Assembly: GCA_963764725.1 (NCBI GenBank)
Contig: CAVXTM010000016.1
Location: 224,001 to 288,000 of the forward strand
DNA: 64,000 nucleotides
DNA from: an uncultured Gammaproteobacteria bacterium
GTDB lineage: Bacteria > Pseudomonadota > Gammaproteobacteria > JACCXJ01
Direction: 5' to 3'
The notes beneath the pieces are model-generated. The model saw nothing but the letters and a program-made list of their open reading frames with translations. It was not told where the DNA came from and did not search any database. Shown piece after piece: positions 19,897 through 29,428 of this stretch; positions within the stretch are counted from its first letter, which is position 1, and each line of letters opens with the position of its first letter. The position numbers and the translations under genes were made by a program.

Positions 19897-20235
19897 ATGC
19901 TAAAAAAAAGAACAGTCGGCGCATTTTTGATGGCGGTCTTGTTGACGTCCGCGAGCAGCGCCGGTTTCGCCGAGGGGCCTGTGGAGTTCGACTGGCGTCC
20001 GATACGAGACCCGGCGGTACAAGCGTTGCAGCAGCTCGAGGCCGGCAAGGTTGAGGAGTACAAGGGGACGATGGCGCGACTCGTAACCTTGACCGAGGAA
20101 ATGAAGTCGCTGAAGCCGGATGCGAATATGGACAGTGCCTACGCGACACTGGTGAAGATCCAGGGCGAAAAAGACCTGGCCGTCGCCGCAAGGATGCTGG
20201 GTGACTTCATTACGACCTTACCGGCTAAACCTTAG
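19897..20235 (+). CDS. Small secreted hypothetical protein
   Basis: MLKKRTVGAFLMAVLLTSASSAGFA signal peptide after an AGGA ribosome-binding site. Confidence 0.6.
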   Translation: MLKKRTVGAFLMAVLLTSASSAGFAEGPVEFDWRPIRDPAVQALQQLEAGKVEEYKGTMARLVTLTEEMKSLKPDANMDSAYATLVKIQGEKDLAVAARMLGDFITTLPAKP

Positions 20236-20348
20236 TGGACTGGTGATCGCGCCGGGGTTTCGCAGGGACCGCATGCCGGTTCACAGGGCGGGGTCACATC
20301 TAGTACCGGGTGCCCTCAGCAGGAGCCCGGTCGCGATTTAGGCAGCGC

Positions 20349-20376
20349 GCGACCCCCTGCCAAGGCAGGGGGTCGC
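20349..20376. terminator. Perfect 13-bp-stem hairpin between convergent genes
   Basis: gcgaccccctgcc-aa-ggcagggggtcgc; no U tail, so it could instead be a REP-like palindrome. Confidence 0.5.
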
Positions 20377-20433
20377 AAGGTCCGACGGGGCGCGGGCCGC
20401 GGTTGCACTACGCCGGTTGGCGCGGACCGCAGG

Positions 20434-20853
20434 TTATTTTGCCTTCGCGCCGGTGTCCTTGATCGCCTGGCTGCAACGACTGCTCAGGGCCTTTTCGTTC
20501 TTCTTCATGCACTCGATGACACGCCCTTCGCCCGGCTTGATGGCCGCGCAGTATTTCTCGAGATCGTCGTCGCACTCGTTGGTCAGGTAGGTCAGGGCCG
20601 CCACCGCGTTTTCGAGCTGCGCCCCGGCGTCGTACAGTGCATACTCGCAGCGCGCCGAGAGCTTGTCCTGGTAGGCGTACAGGCAGGCGAGCACCCGGCC
20701 TTCGCCCGGTGTCACTTTGGCACAGAATTCCTTCAGTTCTTTGTCACAGCCCTTGCGGACGGTATCGACGAGCGTTTCCGCGGCCCCGGCACCCCCTGAG
20801 AGTAGGGCGAACGCCCCGATCAGCATACCGGCGAGAATGTGTCTTTGGTACAT
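20434..20853 (-). CDS. Secreted cysteine-rich repeat protein (GLG1/Cys_rich_FGFR-like, two repeats)
   Basis: Signal peptide, then CDKELKEFCAKVTPGEGRVLACL...LSARC and CDDDLEKYCAAIKPGEGRVIECM...LSSRC. Confidence 0.85.
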   Translation of the reverse strand: MYQRHILAGMLIGAFALLSGGAGAAETLVDTVRKGCDKELKEFCAKVTPGEGRVLACLYAYQDKLSARCEYALYDAGAQLENAVAALTYLTNECDDDLEKYCAAIKPGEGRVIECMKKNEKALSSRCSQAIKDTGAKAK

Positions 20854-21166
20854 GATGTTCCCCTATCGTTAATTAACACATATGTGGTATAGAGGACGGC
20901 GTTGCTTCTTCTACCAAGTCCCCCTTCGTTATGGTGCAGCCTCAGCATTATATTACGATAAGGAGTGCGCGCGTCTCAAGTCAGCCGGGAATCATGCGGA
21001 CCTGTACAACTTCACTCGGTCTGGCGGGCCTGTGCGACGGCACTGAGATTATCGCCGCCCACGCCAGGGCGCACACGGTGCTGGTAGCTCGTATTTCATG
21101 ACGTGGGATGGTTTTCGCTCGTCCTTTGAGGCAACATTCGCCGCACATCACCACCGGAGGATACCC

Positions 21167-22679
21167 ATGGAGACACTCAGCCGCCTGTCGGTCGCCGGGC
21201 TTACCGCATTGTGGCTGCTCCACAGCGCGGTCGCGGCCGAGGACGTCCAGCCCCAAGCCGCCCCGCAGACGGAACCTTCGGCGCAGGAACAGGCTCAGCA
21301 GAACCTGTTCCCGGCGGCACAAATCGAGCAGCTTGTCGCCCCCATTGCCCTGTACCCGGACGCGCTGATCGCGCAGATCCTCATGGCCTCTACCTACCCT
21401 TTGGACGTGGTGCAGGCGGCACGCTGGCTCAAGGGCCACAAGGACCTCGAGGGTGAGGCCCTGGAAAAAGAGGCAGCGCAGGAATCCTGGGATCCGAGCA
21501 TCAAGGCGCTCTTGTTCTTCCCCAGCGTGCTCGGCTATATGAACGACAACTTGGACTGGACCCAGGACCTGGGAGATGCGGTCCTCGGCCAACAAGACGA
21601 CGTCATGGATGCCGTGCAGCGCCTGCGAGGAGAGGCCGAGGCCGCCGGCAACCTCAAGACCACGGAGCAGCAGCGGGTGGCGACCGAGGGCGACACCATC
21701 GTGGTCCAGCCGACGGACCCGAAGGTGGTATACGTGCCCAGCTACAACCCCTCGACGGTTTACGGTCAGACCGCGCCGCCGGCGACCACGTATTACCCCG
21801 CCACCTACACCACACCCGTCTATGCCGCCCCTGCCACAGAGTCGAGCACTGATAGTCTGGTGAGCTTTGGCGTGGGTGCTCTGGCCGGCGGTCTTCTCAC
21901 CGCCGCCATCATGTGGGACGACGATGACGACGATAGGCTCTATTACGGGGGGCCGGGCTATTGGGGTCAATCGGGTTACTGGAACAGTCCCAACTACTGG
22001 GACGGCGACTGGCGCCGGCCGGAGAATCTAAACATCAATCGGGAGATAAACCGGGAGGTCAACGTCGGCGACGTCAACATCAACAAGGGTATCGTCGGCA
22101 GCGAGATCAACAGAAACGAGATCAAGAAATGGGAGCACAACCCCGAGCGCCGGGGCGGCGTGCGCTACCGCAACGAGGGGACGAAGCAGAAGTTCTCCAA
22201 TGTCAGGAAGGAAAACAAGATCGACCGCGACATCGCCCGAGGACGCGATCCCGCCCGCAACCGCGAGCAGCTTGCCAACCTGCAGCGCCCGGGTCCCGGA
22301 CAGGCCGAGCGCCCCGGCCTGGCAGACAAGAACCGCCCGAACATGGGCGAGATAAAGCGCCCCGAGACTAGGAAGGCGAAGCGTCCGGAGACGAAGAAAC
22401 CTGAGACCCGGAAAATCAAGCGCCCGGACACGCGCCAGGCGAAGCGCCCCGAGGTCAAGAAGCCGCAGTCGCGCCCGGCAAACCTGAAGGCGCCAACGCG
22501 GAAGGCGGGGCGGTCCGCCTCCTCGAAAATCCAGAAACCCGCGGCGAGGAGCGGAGGCAGATCCAGCGCATTCAAAGTACAAAAAGGCGGTGCGGACCGC
22601 GCGGCCAGTAAGCGCGGTGTAGCGAGCCGTGGCGGTGGTAGCCGCGGCGGGACGGAGCCACGGCCGCCGCCGCGGCTAA
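21167..22679 (+). CDS. DUF3300 family secreted protein with a basic low-complexity tail
   Basis: EQLVAPIALYPDALIAQILMASTYP, WDPSIKAL, WTQDLGDA, VYVPSYNP and WEHNPERRGGVRY. The probable true stop TAA at 22677-22679 needs a frameshift near 22652; otherwise the ORF runs into the next gene. Confidence 0.85.
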
Positions 22680-22724
22680 GCAGCCGAACCTATCCCCGAT
22701 GGAAAAAATCTGGAGAACATCGAC

Positions 22725-23651
22725 ATGATTGCCACCAAGTATGCAAAAAGCCTCGCGCCGGTCTGCGCCGCGGCGCTGGTACTGGTCGCCGGTATTGCCG
22801 CCGCCGCCGGACCGGCCCACTACCCGACGCCCGACGCCGCCGTCCAGGCGCTCGTCGACGCCACCGCGTCCGAGAAGCGCGGAGCCCTGCTCGCGGTGCT
22901 CGGCTCCGGGGTCGAAGCATTGCGCTCCGGCGACCCAGTGGCCGACGCTGCGGACCGCGAGGAATTCGTCCATGCCGCCAGCGAGTCCGCCCGGATCGAG
23001 CAGGAGGACGACGACCACGCCATCCTGACCATCGGGCCGGACGACTGGCCTTTCCCCATCCCGTTGGTCCGGGACGCCAAAGGCTGGTATTTCGACGTCG
23101 CCGCTGGTAAGCAAGAGATCTACAACCGCCGCATCGGTCGCAACGAGCTCGATACCATCGAGGTCATGCGTGCGTTCGTGGACGCGCAGGACGAGTACGC
23201 CCAAGCAGACCGAAACGGCGACGGCATGCGCGAATACGCCCAGAAGCTCATGAGCAGCCAAGGGGCGCGCGACGGCCTCTATTGGCCGACCAAAGAGGAC
23301 GAGCCCGACAGCCCCATGGGGCCCCTAGTGGCCGAGGCGGTGGCGGAAGGCTACAAGCCCGGCCAGAACAGCCAACCCAAGCCCTACCATGGCTATTACT
23401 ACCGAATGCTCAGCGCCCAGGGCGAGCACGCACCCGGCGGGGCGAAGAGCTATCTCAACGACGGGCACATGACCAAGGGCTTCGCCGCCCTGGCTTACCC
23501 CGCCGAGTACGGCAACTCGGGCGTCATGACCTTCCTGGTCAACCAATCCGGGATCCTGTTCCAGAAGGACCTCGGGGATGACACCGCCAAGGCAGCGGCG
23601 GCCATCACCGCCTACGACCCCGACGACACCTGGGACCCGGTAACGGACTAG
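22725..23651 (+). CDS. DUF2950 family secreted protein
   Basis: WPFPIPLV, RRIGRNE, RDGLYWP, PYHGYYYR and YPAEYGNSGVMTF; usual partner of DUF3300. Confidence 0.88.
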   Translation: MIATKYAKSLAPVCAAALVLVAGIAAAAGPAHYPTPDAAVQALVDATASEKRGALLAVLGSGVEALRSGDPVADAADREEFVHAASESARIEQEDDDHAILTIGPDDWPFPIPLVRDAKGWYFDVAAGKQEIYNRRIGRNELDTIEVMRAFVDAQDEYAQADRNGDGMREYAQKLMSSQGARDGLYWPTKEDEPDSPMGPLVAEAVAEGYKPGQNSQPKPYHGYYYRMLSAQGEHAPGGAKSYLNDGHMTKGFAALAYPAEYGNSGVMTFLVNQSGILFQKDLGDDTAKAAAAITAYDPDDTWDPVTD

Positions 23652-23701
23652 GAATGGACTAATCCCGTCGCAAGGGCAAAAGACTCGAAGGGGAGACAGC
23701 C

Positions 23702-24874
23702 GTGAGTGCATCGGAACTGGAGATCTCTTTGGTCCGAGACGACCCGTTCTTTCGCATTCAGCGCCGCATCGGGCTGATCCCGAGCCAAGGCCTGGGCAGT
23801 GTGCGGCGGGCGATCTTCTTCGCTCTGTTGGCCTGGCTGCCCATCGTGGTTTGGGCGGGTTACACGGGACGCGCACTGTCGGGCCTGGCCGACGAACCCT
23901 TGCTCCAGCACTTCGGCATCCATGCCCGCTTTCTGATCGCCGTGCCACTGTTCATCCTCGGGGAAGGCGTGGCACACGGTTTAACGACGAAGCTCATACC
24001 CTATTTTCTTACGTCCGGGCTCGTTCGGGAGGAGCAACGGGAGGCTTTGCGAGAAGTCGTCCAGGGGATCGTCAGGTTGCGCAACAGCACCCTGCCCTGG
24101 GTCATTATCCCAGTCATCATCTTGGCATGGCTGGTGTTCGAGCCGCCCCACCGCGAGGAACATGAACTGGTCTGGGCCCACGTTAACGCGTCGGCGCCGT
24201 TCGATCTGGGGTTCGGTGGCTGGTGGCTGATCTACGTGGCCCGTCCGATCTTCATCGCCTTGCTGGCGGTGTGGCTGTGGCGTCTGATACTACTGTTCCT
24301 GCTGCTGAAACGCATCGCCGCGCTCGACCTCGCGATCGTACCGACCCATCCCGATCGTTCGGGAGGTCTGGGCTTCATCGAGAAACTGCCTGCCGGCTTC
24401 AGCCTGTTGGCCTTTGCGATATCCGCTGTCCTGGCGTCGCGTTTGGCGCACGATGTGGTCTATCACGGGGTCCATGTCCAATCCTTGAGGCTGTTGGTCG
24501 GGGTGTTCCTAGTCTTGCTGGTGATGTTGTGCCTCGCGCCGCTCACGGTGTTCATCCCTAAGCTCATAGCGGCCAAGCGCCGGGCACTGCTCGAGTACGG
24601 TGCCCTGGTCGGCGCGCACGGGCGCCTCGTCCGACGCCGTTGGATCCTGGGCGAATCCGTGGACGAGCATCCCCTGCTGCAGGCGCCCGAGATCGGACCC
24701 GTGGCCGATACCCTGAGCCTCTACGAGGCCGTGACGAGGATGCGGGCGGCGCCCATTGGCAAGACCGCGCTTCTCACCATCGCGCTGCCCGCCGCGCTTC
24801 CGATGCTGGCGCTGTTCGCCATCGAGGTTCCGATTAAAGACCTGCTGCAAAAGATCGCCGGAATGTTGGTTTAG
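23702..24874 (+). CDS. Conserved hypothetical integral membrane protein
   Basis: 390 aa, several TM segments, PTHPDRSGGLGF motif. Confidence 0.75.
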   Translation: MSASELEISLVRDDPFFRIQRRIGLIPSQGLGSVRRAIFFALLAWLPIVVWAGYTGRALSGLADEPLLQHFGIHARFLIAVPLFILGEGVAHGLTTKLIPYFLTSGLVREEQREALREVVQGIVRLRNSTLPWVIIPVIILAWLVFEPPHREEHELVWAHVNASAPFDLGFGGWWLIYVARPIFIALLAVWLWRLILLFLLLKRIAALDLAIVPTHPDRSGGLGFIEKLPAGFSLLAFAISAVLASRLAHDVVYHGVHVQSLRLLVGVFLVLLVMLCLAPLTVFIPKLIAAKRRALLEYGALVGAHGRLVRRRWILGESVDEHPLLQAPEIGPVADTLSLYEAVTRMRAAPIGKTALLTIALPAALPMLALFAIEVPIKDLLQKIAGMLV

Positions 24875-24955
24875 CGAGTAGCCCCGATTAAACGCAGTCA
24901 TTCCAATTGACCTGTTCGAGCTCCGCGCTGGCCAGGCGGTTCACCGTGCCGGCAA

Positions 24956-25231
24956 TCAAGTCCGAATCTCCCTCTGTGTATCGCTCCCTGGGAGAGTTGC
25001 TTCACCACCATCAGTCGATGAGTCGCCCCTCCTGGCGGTCCTGGATTTTCCATCCGTGCTGTTCGAGCGCCGCTCGTCGACTCGATAGTTATGACCCTTG
25101 ACCACACCGGGAGGAAAGAGCTTCGATGCCTCGAAAATCGGCGGGGCCTCGTACCGTTCCGCCGCGAACAGCACCGTACCGCTTGCGTACCAGCCGGCGA
25201 CGAGCACAGTGCAGAGGATCGATAGCACCAC
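24956..25231 (-). pseudogene. Fragment of a secreted hypothetical protein
   Basis: Signal-like N-terminus and YEAPPIFEASKLFPPGVVKGHNYRVDER, after which the frame degenerates. Confidence 0.35.
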
Positions 25232-25720
25232 CGCTAGGAAGGACCGTCCTTGCGCCGCTCCCGGGGACGGTCGGCGTGCAGGAGTAACGGCGGTCTTTCG
25301 GCATGCGAGTCAATTCTCTCGGGCAATCCGAGCGCGTCGCCGTATTGGCATTTAGGTGTCGTCTCTAGCCCTATACCCTTCACGAGCCGGCTCATAGCAC
25401 CACGCGCATAGTACTGTACGGATACAGGCCCACATGCTCCTCCCCCACCGTGATAGACAAAACCCTGTCCATACGCGGAGCGCAGGATTTTTCTTGATTC
25501 AGGTTACGATTTCTTGACTTTGATTGTATGGGCATTTCCCGTTTGCTACAATCACCGGCCTCCGGGCTTTTTGGGAGGCTTCGCTCCACCGAGAACACCC
25601 ACTGGGTATGAGGGAGTGATGGACTTCCCGCGCTTGACTTCGGTCCCGGACGCAACCATGCTTGTTTTGTGTAGGCCAATGGGGACTGTGCTGTTAAGCA
25701 CTCAAGAGAGGAGGTGGACG

Positions 25721-26120
25721 ATGACACGAAGAACACTGACCCTATTTACGGCCTACGTGTGGCTCGTGGCTGGGCTCTGGCCGCCGCAGTCCCGTGCCGA
25801 TACGGCCGACAGCTTTCTGGTCCGCAACGCCCTCGATATGGTCACCTTGTGTTCCGCAGCCAAGGAGGACCCCCTGTACACGGCGGCAGTCAATTTTTGC
25901 CAAGGTTATGTGGTCGGGGCATACCATTATTCCAGGGCTTTGACCGCCCGGGATCCGGATCGAAAACGGCTCGTCTGCCTGCCCAATCCTCAGCCTACGC
26001 GGGATGAGGCGATTCGCGCCTTCGTCGCGTGGGCGTCAGGCCCATCCCCAGTACAACAACGAGCCGGCGGTGGAGACCTTATTCAAGTTCGCGATCGAGA
26101 GATGGCCTTGCCATCCCTGA
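25721..26120 (+). CDS. Rap1a/Tai-like secreted protein, frameshift near 26040
   Basis: Signal peptide, LC...FCQGYVVG...VCLP...AFVAWA; the shifted frame continues HPQYNNEPAVETLFKFAIERWPCHP*, giving the family's WPC ending. Confidence 0.7.
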
Positions 26121-26138
26121 TCCGGAGGGCACACGGAT

Positions 26139-26414
26139 ATGAAACGTCATGTAAATTTACTTTTAGCGGTATCTCTGGCGATCGGATTGGCCGGTTGCTC
26201 GGGGATGACTTCATCGCAACAGCGGATGATGAGCGGCACCGGCATGGGCGCGGCGGGCGGCGCCGTCATCGGGGCGATGGCCGGGAACGCCGGGCTCGGA
26301 GCCGGGATTGGTGCGGCCACCGGCCTCTTGGGTGGCTACCTCTACGACCAGCACAAGCAGGGGGAGGAGAAGGCCTACCAGCAAGGATACCAGCAGGGGC
26401 AAGGCGCGCACTAG
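26139..26414 (+). CDS. Glycine-zipper lipoprotein
   Basis: Lipobox LAGC followed by GAAGGAVIG...GAGIGAATGLLGG. Confidence 0.85.
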   Translation: MKRHVNLLLAVSLAIGLAGCSGMTSSQQRMMSGTGMGAAGGAVIGAMAGNAGLGAGIGAATGLLGGYLYDQHKQGEEKAYQQGYQQGQGAH

Positions 26415-26558
26415 CCCTGTAGCTGCTGCGTTCCGGAGCGTGCTCAAGTTAACCGGCACCGATCCGCTTATCCTTTTGAACTTGAAGCCGCTCCGAGAGC
26501 TTCGATTCGTGAGACCACGGGTGATAGCGGGCTCAGCCATTGAACGATTACGGCTGGG

Positions 26559-28394
26559 TTAACGCTTCAACGACTTGATCTCCACGGTCGCCTGGCGCAA
26601 CTTCTGCGACAACACGCGGCCGATGTTGGTGATCAGCTTGAGCCGGATGCCGGTGAAAATCTCCGAGCGATCTTTCTCCAGACTCTCGAAAGCGAGAAAC
26701 AGGCAGGAGAGGTTTGTATCGGCGATGACATCGGCGGAGCGTATCCCGTGATCGAGCATCGCCATCTCGCCGAAGGCCGACCCCGCGGACAGGGTGGTGA
26801 TCCTCCCAGTCCTTCGATGATCCAGCGGGACGACCACGCTGACTTGTCCCGACAGTATAAAGAACAGGCCGGTCGCCTGTTCGCCCGTGCGGCAGATGGG
26901 GGCGCCTTTTTCATAGGACCGAGGCTCGAGCAAGGACTCAAGAGCGCGCAACTCTTCCGCCGTGAATCCCGCGCAAAAGACCTGTGCCTTGAGGGGCGCT
27001 TCCTTGCCGGCGAGGAAAGACCGCCCGGCTAGCAACTGGTTCTCACACCACTCCAGCGCGTGATCGACATCCTCATACTTCAGTAACGGAATATCCCGAA
27101 ACCGCGTAACCCGTTTCTTCATAACCGACTCTAGGGCATAGGGATCTCGCACGCTCGTGAAGAGGACGGTTTTACCTTTGGCGTCTAGCGACTGAACAAG
27201 ATGGCCAAGTAAGTTCATCGCGCCCTCGTTGATGGACGCGGCGCGCCGGAAGTCAAGAATAAGAAAATCGGCCTCGCGCGCCGCCCGCGTGGCCTCCGTA
27301 ACCACGATCTCGGCGGAAGCGAACATGAGATCGCCTTGAAGCTCCAGTACCGCAATTATATGACCCAGCTTGCGCAGAAGCTCGGTCTGCTCCGGATTAC
27401 GCGTGCATTTGGAAGCCACCTGCGCGGCGTTATACATCGAGTGGATGACGGACGCTATCGTCGCGCGCCCCGTATGAAACATATGCAGGCCAAAATCGCT
27501 GGAAATCTTCCGGCACACGGCAATCCCGCGCACGCTGTTTCCGTGCTCATCGAGACGCGGCGAGAATACTGCTAGGCCGAGCTGACCGGGAAGGACCGCT
27601 AAAATCCCGCCGCCGACCCCGCTCTTGGCGGGCATCCCGACCTCGTAGATCCAGGCCCCCGAATAGTCGTACATGCCACAAGAGCTCATGACGCTCAGCA
27701 CCTTGGGAACGAATTCACTTTTCAAGGCGCGCACCCCTTTGATGGGATTAACGCCGTCGTTGGCAAGCGTCGCGGCCATGAGCGCCAGATCACGGCAACT
27801 AACCAATAGGGAGCATTGCTTGAAATACAGATCCAGCAAGCTGTCCGGATCGCGCTCGATGATGTTCGAGCTTTGCAGTAAGTAAGCGATCGCGCGGTTG
27901 CGATGACCGCTTGCCTTCTCGGAGCGGTAGACCGCTCCATCGATGGAAACCTCGTGACCGAGATAGCCACGGTAGGCCATGAGCAGTCGCTTAAGCTTAA
28001 GCTCCGGCGTGTCACCCTCGACAAAGGCCATCGCGGCGATGGCGCCAGCGTTGATCATAGGATTCTTTGGCCTTCCGGTTCCCGGCTCGAGGCTGATCGA
28101 ATTGAACGCCTCGCCCGAGGGCTCCACATTGATCTTTTTCAGTACCGCCGCAACACCATTGTCCTCCAACGCGATACCGTAGGTAATCACCTTGGAGATA
28201 GACTGGATGGTAAACGCCTGTTGCGTGTCGCCCACCTGATAGACATGCCCATCAACGGTAACGATCGCGATTCCGAACCATTCCGGATCCGCCTTCGAGA
28301 GTTCCGGAATGTAACCGGCCACTTCGCCGTGCATCATGGACGCATGGTCTTGATGCAAGGATTCTAGATAATCCAAAAACAAATCAGTAGGCAT
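26559..28394 (-). CDS. glsA: Glutaminase with C-terminal STAS and cyclic-nucleotide-binding domains
   Basis: YIPEL, TIQSISK, EPSGEAFN, NPMINAGA, GMYDYSG and PAKSGVGG; then LELQGDLMFASAE (STAS) and FGEMAMLDHGIRSADV (cNMP). Confidence 0.92.
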   Translation of the reverse strand: MPTDLFLDYLESLHQDHASMMHGEVAGYIPELSKADPEWFGIAIVTVDGHVYQVGDTQQAFTIQSISKVITYGIALEDNGVAAVLKKINVEPSGEAFNSISLEPGTGRPKNPMINAGAIAAMAFVEGDTPELKLKRLLMAYRGYLGHEVSIDGAVYRSEKASGHRNRAIAYLLQSSNIIERDPDSLLDLYFKQCSLLVSCRDLALMAATLANDGVNPIKGVRALKSEFVPKVLSVMSSCGMYDYSGAWIYEVGMPAKSGVGGGILAVLPGQLGLAVFSPRLDEHGNSVRGIAVCRKISSDFGLHMFHTGRATIASVIHSMYNAAQVASKCTRNPEQTELLRKLGHIIAVLELQGDLMFASAEIVVTEATRAAREADFLILDFRRAASINEGAMNLLGHLVQSLDAKGKTVLFTSVRDPYALESVMKKRVTRFRDIPLLKYEDVDHALEWCENQLLAGRSFLAGKEAPLKAQVFCAGFTAEELRALESLLEPRSYEKGAPICRTGEQATGLFFILSGQVSVVVPLDHRRTGRITTLSAGSAFGEMAMLDHGIRSADVIADTNLSCLFLAFESLEKDRSEIFTGIRLKLITNIGRVLSQKLRQATVEIKSLKR

Positions 28395-28519
28395 GGCGGT
28401 ATCCGGGTTCGGGGCGTAAAGTCCCCTTTTATCTTCCGTGGATTATGCGCTTGTCAAGCCCCTGGTTGTTAAGCGGCGCCCATGTCTCTCCTCCGGAGCA
28501 CAATCGATATACACTCGCT

Positions 28520-28534
28520 AGGCACGGGTTTTGC
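28520..28534 (+). promoter_or_regulatory. Putative sigma-54 (-24/-12) promoter
   Basis: aGGCACgggttTTGC with correct GG-N10-GC spacing, about 110 bp upstream of the HD gene. Confidence 0.45.
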
Positions 28535-28642
28535 CGTCTCTCAATGCGCATTACCCGCTCGCGCAACTTAAGGCAACTTCGGTAGCGGCGGCACCAGTAA
28601 ACAGACCATGGCCTGACAGCCAAAGCACAAACCTGTTAAATT

Positions 28643-29359
28643 ATGACTAACACATTGCACACACTTCCCATGCAGCGGAATAACACAGAACGCCGGATCG
28701 CTGGAGCCACGTACTCGCCAGCCAAGCTCAAGACGCGTTTTTGTTTGCTCTGGAACCGCTGTCTAACTCCGGGCGCGGAGACGAGCTCCATGCGGGTTTG
28801 GGCGGATCTGAGCCGCCATTACGCCGAGCCCCACCGGCATTACCACACCTTAACCCACATTTTTCGTTGCCTGCGGCAATTGGACGCGGCCAAATCGCTC
28901 ATCGAAGCCCCCGATGCCGTGGAAATAGCGGTCTGGTTCCACGATGTGGTCCATAATCCGGAGGCTTGCGACAACGAGCAACGGAGCGTGGAACTCTTTG
29001 ATCTCGCCGCGAGCAGCCATTTCCAGCAGGATTTCGTAAACAAGATCGGTGAGCTTATCCTCGCCACCACGCACCGGGGAACCCCCCATAACCACGATGA
29101 GCGGGTCCTTTGCGACATCGATTTCGCCAGTTTCGGCTCTCCCTGGGACGAATTTCTAGATGACAGCCAGGCCTTGAGAATCGAGCACGCCAAGACTCCG
29201 GACGAACTGTTTTATCCCGCTAAATTGAAGTTTCTTAAAGCCATCCTTGAACGTCGAACGATCTTTTTTACGGATTTCTTCCGCGCCCGCTACGAAACCT
29301 CGGCAAGAAAAAACATCCAGCGTTACATTGCCAACCTGGAAGCCGAGGCGTACGTCTGA
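28643..29359 (+). CDS. HD-superfamily metal-dependent phosphohydrolase (COG4339-like)
   Basis: YAEPHRHYHTLTHI, WFHDVV, LILATTH, CDID and ARKNI; the start may lie further downstream. Confidence 0.85.
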   Translation: MTNTLHTLPMQRNNTERRIAGATYSPAKLKTRFCLLWNRCLTPGAETSSMRVWADLSRHYAEPHRHYHTLTHIFRCLRQLDAAKSLIEAPDAVEIAVWFHDVVHNPEACDNEQRSVELFDLAASSHFQQDFVNKIGELILATTHRGTPHNHDERVLCDIDFASFGSPWDEFLDDSQALRIEHAKTPDELFYPAKLKFLKAILERRTIFFTDFFRARYETSARKNIQRYIANLEAEAYV

Positions 29360-29402
29360 GAGGTTGTCAATAAATCGTCGCGAGCAGCGCCAGGAGCCGC
29401 GG
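29357..29402. repeat. Short dispersed repeat, copy 1 (copy 2 at 47283-47335)
   Basis: tgaga..tgt.a.taaatcgtcgcgagcagc...aggagccgcgg is shared by both loci. Confidence 0.7.
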
Positions 29403-29428
29403 AGGGAGTGCGCCGCTTGCTCGTGGCT

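Noticed and set aside
21098-23110. 670-aa DUF3300 ORF overlapping DUF2950 as a real extended protein
   Set aside because: Better explained by one frameshift near 22652 with a stop at 22679.
552-26120. Programmed frameshifting or true pseudogenisation in fabI, ackA, GH130, DUF3300 and the Rap1a-like gene
   Set aside because: Each has a single indel with otherwise intact motifs and no shared slippery signal; sequencing error is simpler, though it cannot be excluded without reads.
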